Source: Geopsychrobacteraceae bacterium
GTDB lineage: Bacteria > Desulfobacterota > Desulfuromonadia > Desulfuromonadales > Geopsychrobacteraceae
DNA: 64,000 nucleotides
Assembly: GCA_963676795.2 (NCBI GenBank)
Contig: CAXXTB010000002.1
Coordinates: forward strand, 1,344,001 to 1,408,000
Reading direction: 5' to 3'
The position numbers were made by a program, and so were the translations under genes. Below, in pieces: positions 20,440-29,900 of the stretch. A model generated the notes under the pieces. It saw only the letters and a list, made by a program, of their open reading frames with translations. It did not search any database and was not told where the DNA came from. Within the stretch, counting starts at the first letter, position 1. The number at the start of each line of letters is the position of its first letter.

Positions 20440-20733
20440 AGATATCTTTCCTTGGTTGGGGTGGCAGAATAAAAACGGCACAACACAAAAACTATCTTTG
20501 ACAACGCGTTATTTTCTAATCTTTTTATCTCGCAGATCAGTGCTAGTCAAGGCGATTTCACGTTAATTTTTAACAATCAAGATGCAATGATATAGAGCAT
20601 TTTGTTCATCCTTAATGTGAGGATTGTTGTCATAACCAACCGAAATACTGTATATCGTAATTTGTCTTATTTTCACTTATTGTTAAGTTTTTCACTTATA
20701 TGGTTCGAGGTAAGTTTACAAAACTCTTCTTGC

Positions 20734-20762
20734 TTGACTTTGAATATTAAAAGAATTAATCT
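20734..20762 (+). promoter_or_regulatory. Candidate sigma70 promoter of the giant-protein operon
   Basis: TTGACT-N17-TAATCT in an AT-rich intergenic region, about 35 nt upstream of the riboswitch. Confidence 0.5.
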
Positions 20763-20796
20763 TCATGAGAATGTTTTCAGGAAAAACAATATAACG

Positions 20797-20879
20797 ACTC
20801 CGACAAGGGCAAAATCAGAGTAATCTGGTGACGCAAAGCCTACGGATCCAAAGATTGGATGGCCGGGTTGCCGAAGAGG
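20797..20879 (+). ncRNA. Cyclic di-GMP-I (GEMM-I) riboswitch aptamer
   Basis: ACAAGGGCAAA-[ATCAGA-GTAA-TCTGGT]-GACGCAAAGCC...GG...GGATGGCCGGGTTGCCGAA follows the GEMM-I layout including the GNRA loop; G at the Vc2 G20-equivalent position (20808). Confidence 0.88.
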
Positions 20880-20903
20880 TGAGATCGCTTCATATGAAGC
20901 AGT

Positions 20904-20937
20904 AACGCTCATCTTCGGTTGAAGAGAGCGTTTTTTT
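20904..20937 (+). terminator. Riboswitch expression-platform intrinsic terminator
   Basis: AACGCTC-A-TCTTC-GGTT-GAAGA-GAGCGTTTTTTT, ending about 55 nt before the ATG at 20994. Confidence 0.8.
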
Positions 20938-20993
20938 GTTTCCATGAGTTGCTCGTCCGGACTCCTGAATTCTTAAATTGAAAAGTTGCGTAA

Positions 20994-23900
20994 ATGAAAA
21001 GTTATCTGAAGGTAAATACCCGCTCTGTGCGCGAGCAGAGGGACAGTTGCCGCAACTGTTCCCAGAAATTGTGGCTGACACTCTTCGCAGTTCTCTGTCT
21101 GCTGACGCTTATTGCCCCGTCTCCGGCATCCTCTGCTCCCTGTGATGTCAAATCCGGTTTTCCGTTCGTCGACCATGACACCTCATCCAGCTATTGTGAA
21201 CTGTGCGGATACAGTTATGTAACAGTCGTTATCAGCAACCCCTACAGTTATACCGCTGGTGCCTTGCCGGCCGATCCGGATGTGCCCGGAGCGGTGATGA
21301 CCGATATCGTTCTGGTTGAAAATCTCGGGATTTCAGGTCTGGAGTTTGCTCCAGGTGCTCCCACGCCGATTACTTATCAGGTGAATGGCGGAATTACGCA
21401 AAATGGTGTCGATACAGGACTAAGTGGCAGCGTCCTGACCTTCACCTCTGCAGAGATTCCTGCTCTTGCGTCTTTGACTGCCAACGCTGGGGCTTCCCAG
21501 GTCAATACCATCTCGATCAGATTTGCCGTAGCGCGCAGCATCGACCCTGAAGGGCTTATTTCTGCGGATCGTCAGATCGAGACAACGATCAGTTTCGATA
21601 CCTACCGCGATCCTGCCGACCCGGATTACGACATACTCGTCCCTGCCAATAATGAATTGGACTGTGGCGACTCTCCGCAGGACGATCTGGCCACGCTGCC
21701 ACTACGTGAGCCGATTCCGCAAATCACCAAGACCGGTTGGAATGTCGATGCGGGGCAGGACCAGGGGAGTGCATCTGATCCGGTCTATGCCATGGACAAC
21801 GATGACATTGTCTGGCGGATTCAGATCGACAACATCGGCAATGCCGAGCTGCAGGACCTGCGCTTTGACGATCTGATGGATACGGGCAGCCTGGTTGTCA
21901 ATTATGTCTGCACGACAGAGGGCGCTGCCAACAGCATAGCGCTCAATAATGGCGCCGGCCCCGCTGCGGGGTGTACAAGCGCAAGCAACAGTATCGATGA
22001 TTACGTCGTCGCTAACCAGATTGCCCAGGGGGGGAGCCTGTCGGTCTATCTGGTTGGCAAAGCCAGCTCAACAGCCTCCTGCCAGACGAACCGGAACAAC
22101 ACCGTTGACGATGTTCAATGGGGCTGTGACGTTCAGGCGCCGGTGGGAGGAATTACCCAGACCTCAGGCGGGACGATCCCTTACGATCAGGCGACCCTCT
22201 ATACGCGCTATAACGATGACCACCCGATTCTGACTGTTGAACGTCATCTGACCGGCGTCAATACCTCGCAGCCGGTCGGCAGCCGCGGCATGATGACGAT
22301 CATCATCCGAAACACCAGCGGCGGGAGTGTCAATAATATCCAGCTCGATAATGTTCTTCCTGCGGAATACGTGGTTGATACGACCTTCGATCTTGAGGTC
22401 GACGTGACGCCGGCATATGGGGCCAGCTATCCCGGGCTGGTCGACGCAGCGACTTCTTCCTGGAATTTTGTTCTTAATGAAGCTCTGAGCCCCAAAGATC
22501 CGCATATCGATCTGTTGAGCAGCAGCGCCCATCCGCTCTACCCCGATCAGGTCAATATGCTGCGTAACGGCGATGTCGCTGTCGTGCGCTTCAGGGTGGT
22601 TTTGATCGAGTCCGATTATTATGATCGTCAGGCCAATCTGGACGTCAACCCGGAGGTGTATCCCGGGACAGATCCGACCTATCAGACCCCATTGAGCAAT
22701 GAACTGACTGTGAACTTTGATGTCTTCTGTACGTCCCAGGGCGCAGGCGGCCATTATCAGCTCGTCCTCGATGGCAACGGCAACGACAGCAGTACGGAAA
22801 ATGCAATACCGGCCTTTCCGGAAGACCTCGATATCCAGGTCGGTGGGGCTGTGTTCATTCTGACCAATGACCCGACCCAGGTTCTGACTTTGCCGATTCA
22901 GCTGACCAATAACGGTGGCCATGACGCGGAGGATTATCATGCCTTCGTAACCTTTGGTGCAACCATGAACGTCATCGGCGCACCAGCCGGCTGCAGTCAG
23001 ATTTCACTCGATGGCAATTATCAGCCGGCCCCCTGGAAGGTCTGGCTTGACCCGATTCATATCCCGGAGACGGCGACCGTCTATGAATGTACCGCGCCGG
23101 CGGTTATCGCTCCAAACCAGACGGTGACCTATAACTTCGATGTCATCAAGACGACCGATCCGGTGCGTATCGCTCTGGATGATCTGAGCCTGCGTGCCGA
23201 CGTTGTTGGCGAGATCACTCTGTATGACGGCAGTCTGCTGGCCTGGCCCGCCCCGATAATCCGCGCTGACGGCGAAACCGACCGTGCCAACAATTACTCT
23301 CTCGATGCGACCTGGGCCAGGGTCATTGGCTTTAACCTGAAGAAGGCCCAGATCGGAACCTGTAACGAGAACAATCCGCCAACCCTCGATGGTTCCGGTT
23401 TTGAAGAGGTCCAGATCGGCGAGGAGTGCTCGTTTAACATCGAAACCGGTGGCTGGTTCGGTTTTCAGACACCGGGTTATGCCTATATAGCTGTTCAGGA
23501 TATCCAGGTTGTCGACAACCTTCCCGATGGCCAGGCTTATATCTCGAGCAGTGATCCTTATACTGCATCAACTGCAGCTATCCAGGGGATCAGTGTTGAT
23601 CCCGCAGGTCTGACGATCCTGGATGAAGGCAATTTCGGCTGGATCTTCAACGTACCTGACAGCCAGCGCATCCAGGTTGCTGACGAATGGTTCATCGTCG
23701 ATACCACCTCACGACTGCTCAACAAGGAGGTCGATGTCAGGGCGGCGCCAAACCTGCACGCGACAGACAGTGCCAATGTCCTGACCTCGACCTTCCACGC
23801 AATTTTCAGTAACGTCAACACCGGTTCGATTGAGAATTACACCCTTGGTCCAAGCACCGTCGGTTATCCGATCGAACAGGTGCGCAGGGTCGATTTGCGC

Positions 23901-26900
23901 GTGACCGAGCCTTTGCTGACCCTGGTCAAGGAGGCCTGTAACGAAACTCTATATGGTTACGGACCGGCGTGCAGCAATTTTACCTCTGTCGTTGAAGATG
24001 GCGACGCCTATACCTCCTACATCTATCGCATCCGGTTGACCAACGAAGCGACAGCCGGCGGGTATCAGCGGGCCCCGGCCTATGATGTTATTGTCACCGA
24101 TCAGCTCGATGCGACCGACCTGGCTTTCGTTCTGCCCTTCAACAACGACGGGCTGAACAACGATGGCGATGCTTCGACCGATGGCGCCGATGCCGGTGGT
24201 GAGGGGACGATCTCTGACAATACGGTCAAAAATTCCATCCCCGCCGAGCTGACCTTCTCCTACACCCATAGCAGCGCCTTGCAGCAGATCGATCCCGGTC
24301 AGAGCGTCGATCTCTATTACCGGGTCAACTATGACGATGATGCGGCGCCGTTGCAGACCTTTACCAACAGCGCATTGGCAACCTACGACAGCCTGACCAG
24401 CGCCTCCGGGAGCCAGACCGTTTCACCGCAGCCGAACAGTACCCTTGGGGGCGCGCGCTTTTACACCTCCGACGTGTCTCAGGCCGATGTCACTATCATG
24501 CCGATCGGCAGCCTGCCGAAGACGGTCATCGCCATAGCCAGTACCCCGTTGGTCGTTCCCGCCCCGCAGCATATCGTGCCCGGAGAAGAGCTCGAGTATC
24601 AGCTGGAAACCCTGCTACCTGTCGCTCAGCTACGTGAATTTGTCATTCGTGACAACCTGCCGGCCGGTCTCCGCTGTGCCGACGCGCCGGTGGTCGATCT
24701 TGACGCCGCCCCCTACAGTGCCGCCGGGTTTGACCCGGGCGGCGTGATCACTCCGACCTGTGTCGATGACTATGTTGAATGGGTCTTCGGTGATCAGCGA
24801 CTGACCAACGGTAACGGCAGCGACCGTTTTGATTTTGCCATCAGTTTCATCGCCCAGGTTCAGAACAGTGTACTGACCAACGCTGGCGATCTCCTTGCCA
24901 ACGGCCACCCGGCGACCGTGGCGACCGTTCAGTATCGGAATGAAACCAATGTGCTGGTCAGTTACGATTACAACCAGGCTGATGTGACTGTTGCTGAACC
25001 GCAGATCGATCTGACCCAATCCTTTTCCGTGGCGGATGCAGACGCGTCCGATACTCTCAGGGTGACCGTGACTGCGACCAATAGCGGAACGGCGGCCGCC
25101 TATAATCTTGAGGTGTTAGTCCCCCTGACCGCTACAAGCCTCAGTTATTCAGGAACCAGCGGCGGTCTAAATCCTCCCGATCAGGTCGATCTGGTCAGCT
25201 TGGGTGCCGATCAGCCGATCTTCAGCTGGAACGCGCCCAATGGCATCGCAGTCGGAGATACAATCAGTTTTACCTTCGATCTGATCGTCGCCGCGGATGT
25301 TCAGCCACATCAGGTTCTGGAGACAACCTTGCAGGCGCGCTGGACCTCATTGCAGGATCAGACCGTGGCCCTCAACAGCTCCGGAACCATAGACAGCGAC
25401 GGAACAATCAATGGCATGCGTACCGGTAGCCTGCCGAACGCCGGAAATCCAATCAATGACTATGAAACTACTGCGACCGCTGCGTTGACTGTCGCCGTTC
25501 CTTCAGTGGCCAAGACCGATCAGTCTCCCGCTCTGATTCCGACGATCGGGGCGCATAAGCAGTTCCGGCTGGTGCTGAACCTGCCTGAAGGGGTGACTGC
25601 GGATGTTGCTCTGGCCGACAGTCTGGATGCCGCAGGAATCAGCTACCTGTTCAGTGACAATGCCGATTTTCCGATCAGCTATACCTTTAGCGGAATTCAG
25701 TCGATCAACGGCAATACGACCCTGACACCAGCAGCATTTAACAACTCACCGGCCGATGGCAGCAGCGGAACTGTAATCTGGGATATCGGAACCGTGACAA
25801 CGCTCACTGAAGATGACAGTTCTGTCACGGCGGTCTCGCCAGCGATTCAGATTGATTACTATGCACGGGTGAATAACGATCTGGTCACCGACGCCGGTGA
25901 TCAGCTACAGAATGACGTTGCCGCGTCTTATCTCAATTATGCAACGGCCGGGAGTGAAACTCTGTCCGTGACGACCGCCAGCGTTACTGTCTCCGAGCCA
26001 AACCTGAACCTGAACAAGACCCTGGCCAATGTGACGCTTGGTAAGGGCCCTTCAGACTCTCCGGTTGCCGGTGATACGATCGAGTATCAGTTGACTCTGC
26101 TCAACAACGGCAGTACCAATTCAACGGCGCAGGATATCAATATCGTCGATACCATGCCTGCCGGACTCGTCCTGGATGGTAGCTTTACTCCGACCGCGAC
26201 TATAAATTCCGTACCGGTCAGTGGTTTTGTTGCGGTTCCGACAATAGATGCGTCCAACGTGATGACCTGGGGGCGGGATAACGGCGATGCGAGTCTCGAT
26301 CTGCCGGCCGGTCAGATGCTGGTCATCACCTATCATGCCACAGTCAATCTGATTGTCGATCCGAGTGGCCTGATTGAAAACGGCGTCTGGAGCGACTGGA
26401 CATCCCTTGACGATGTCTCCGTTTATGAGCGGACCGGGGCTGGCTGCCCGTCCATCACCGCCCCGGATGACTACTGTGTCGGTCCAGTCTACGCGACGAC
26501 GATCGGCATCGCTCCGGCCCTCGATCTGCAGAAATCGGTTATCAACCAAACGACCGGGGTGAATCCCGGCGTCACCGCCAGTCCTGGCGACGTGCTGCGT
26601 TACAGGATTCAGGTGACCAGCATCAGCGCAGCAGCTGCCGCCTATACGCTTCAGGATGAAATCGATCAGCTCAATGCCTCTGCCTATTTCGTTCCCGGCT
26701 CATTACATATGCTCAGTGTGCCGAGCGGAACCGACAATACCAGTCAAACCGGAGGCGCGGCCGGAACCGGGCTGATCGACCTGAGCCATCTGACCCTCAA
26801 CGGCGGGGAGAGTGCGCTGGTTGAATTTACCCTGCAGCTGGCTCCGGTTATCGCCGATGGCGCAGCGGTTCTCAACCAGGCGGAGCTGACCCTGTTCGGT

Positions 26901-29900
26901 TACGGAACAAGTCTCAGCGATGACCCGAATATCAGCGGCAGTGACAATCCGACCCGGACGACTATCATTTCCGCCCCCCAGTGGCTGTTTGAAAAGAGCG
27001 TGGAGGATCTGACCGGGGCTGCTTCTGTTCTGCTTCCTGGCGATCAACTGCGCTATACCATCAACGTCAAAAACATCGGCAGTGAAAATGCCCTGAATGT
27101 GACGTTGCGTGATGCGATCCCGGTCAATACGACCTACGTCGGCGGGACGACCACCCTCAATGGAGTAATCGTTGCCGATCCGGCCGCGGGAATCTCTGCA
27201 CTTGAAGCCGGCATGCTGATCAACGCTCCGGAGGATACGACTCCCGGCGCGATGCGTGCTGACAGCGATGCTGCTGCCGATAATCTGGCGACGATCAGTT
27301 TTGACGTGGTGGTCAATGGCAGTGTGACGGCTGGTACGGCAATAGCGAACCAGGCTTATGTCGATGGCGACGGGGAAGGCAGCGGCAGTTTCAGTAACAT
27401 TCCGTCCGATGATCCGGCAACCGCAACGGCCTATGACCCGACTGTTATCTGGGTGAGTGGCATCGATTTCACAAAGTCGGTCTACAATCTGACCCAGGGG
27501 ATCGACGGCGCTACGGCGGCTCCGGGTGATCTGTTGCGTTATCGCCTGACCCTGACCAATACCGGCAGTACCGATCTGAACGCTCTGACGGTCAGCGATG
27601 AACTAGAAGCTCTGCATGGTTCGGAACCCGTCTATTTTGTGCCGGGCAGCCTGACGCTGACTGCACAGCCGAGCGGCTCTGACGCCAGTGCGACAACGGC
27701 AAGCGGTGGTGCCAAGGGCACCGGCCTGGTCGAGGTCAGCTCTGTCGATGTCGCCGCCGGGGCCAGCGCCACAGTTGAATTTACCATTTTACTGGCTTCT
27801 GTTATCACCAGCGGCACCGATGTCCTGAATCAGGCCAGTCTGGCTGCCGACGGAACGTATTTCCAACTCAGCGACAGTTCCGATTCCAGTCTGCCTGGGA
27901 CCAGCGATCCGACCGTGACGACGATCAGCTCAGCACCTGAATTCGTGGTTGAAAAAACATCAACTTTCCTTGGCGCTGATCCGGCGGTACTGATGGCCGG
28001 CGACAGGCTCCGTTATACGATCAGTGTCAGAAACATCGGTGATGAAGATGCAGTCGCTGTGCTGTTGCGGGATGATACCCCGGCCAGCACCAGCTATGTT
28101 GCCGGTAGTACCACCCTTAACGGCTCAAGTGTTGCTGATGCCAGCGGCGGGATCAACCCGTTGCACGCAGGCCTCCTGATTCATTCGCCGGATAATGCCA
28201 GCGCCGGATTGATGACCGCGGACAGCTCTGCCACGGCGAACAATACCGCGCTGATCAGCTTTGATGTCGTCGTTGACAGCGATGCCATGGATGGGTTGAT
28301 CATCGAAAACCAGGCCTTTGTCAGTGCCAGTGGCGCCGGTAGTGGCGTCCAGACGGAACAGCCATCGGATGATCCTGATACTCCGGAAGCCGATGATCCG
28401 ACCCGGGATGTGGTTGGCAACCTGCCGCTGCTCTACGCCCTCAAGACCGTTTCGATCGCCGTTGATAACGGCTCGGCCGGTATCGTTGATCCGGGTGATA
28501 TCCTGGAATACCAGATCGTCGTTACCAATAGCGGGGCGATCCCGGCGACCGGTGTCATTCTGACTGATACGGTCCCGGCCAACACGACCTATGTGGCCGA
28601 CTCGACGGCGCTCAACTGGGTCTCCCTGGGGAGCGACGGAGGAGTCCTGCCTCTGGTCGCAGGCTTTAGTATCCAGTCCGGTGATAATCCCGGGGCCGGA
28701 ATCATTTCGACCGGCGAGAGCGCTGTCATCACGTTTAACGTCAGGGTCAATGCCGGGGTTGCAACCGGGACCCTGATCTCGAACCAGGGGACGATTTCAA
28801 GCAGCGAACTGGCTGACCTGCTGACAGATGCTGACGGTGTTCCCGGTAACGGCTACCAGCCGACGCTGATTGCCGTGGGGGATGTCCAGCTGCTGACGAT
28901 CGTCAAGGAGGTCGCGGTGGTCGGCGGTGGCAGCGCCGAGCCCGGGTCGGAATTGATCTATACTATCAGGGTCAGAAATGCCGGTCTGCTTCCTGCGACG
29001 CTGGTCAGTGTTGTTGATGACCTGTCAGCGCCGCCGCTGGTAGATCAGTTGAGCTATGTCAGTGGCAGCGGTGTTCTTGATGGTCTGACGACCGGAGTCA
29101 GTTTTTCCGGCAATGTCCTGAACGCCGACTATACGACGAACTACGGAGAGCTGGCTGCCGGTGATTCCTTTGTCGTCCGCTTTCACGCTCAGATCGATAG
29201 CGCGCTGGCCTACGGAACAACCGTTACCAACAGCGCCGATGTGCTGTGGAACAGCCCGCAGCAGAGCGATACGGCATCTGTTTCCATCGATGTCGGTGGC
29301 ACCCCGGGCGCCGCTGCACTCAACGGAACGGTCTGGCACGATGCCAACTACGATTTGAGTTTTGATAACAGCAGTGAAGCTGCCCAGGTAAACTGGACTG
29401 TCGAACTCTACCTCGGCGGCAGCCTGGTGGCGACCACGGTGACCGACAGCGACGGCAGCTATCAGCTGACCGGTCTTGTTCCGAGCGCCTATACAACAGG
29501 GCTCTATGAGCTGCATTTCATTTCCGCCGGGGCCGGTTCAGACACCGCGCTGCTCGGCACCGCCGATTCACAGTTCACCAACGGCATTCAGTCAATCAGT
29601 GACATCGCTCTGCCGGAAGCGAGTAACCTGCAGAACCTGAACATGCCGTTGTGGCCGAACGGTGTCGTTTACAACTCGATAGCGAGAACCCCGGTGGCCG
29701 GAGCGACGTTGACCATGCTCAATGCAACCGGCACACTGTTGCCGGGCAGCTGTTTCGATGACCCGAATCAACAGGGACAGGTGACAACCCTGAACGGCTT
29801 CTACAAGTTCGATCTCAATTTCAGTCAGGCCTCCTGTCCGAGCGGCGGCGCATACCTGATCGATGTCGTCGCTCCGGCGAGTGGCTATTTCGCTCCTCCT

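Noticed and set aside
20797..20879. 3'3'-cGAMP-sensing GEMM-Ib variant
   Set aside because: The specificity position is G (AAGGGCAAA), not A; c-di-GMP is predicted, pending experiment
21040..21210. CxxC motifs (CRNC, CELC) in the giant protein as heme-c sites of a nanowire-like cytochrome
   Set aside because: Neither is followed by His, and the first lies before the signal-peptide core
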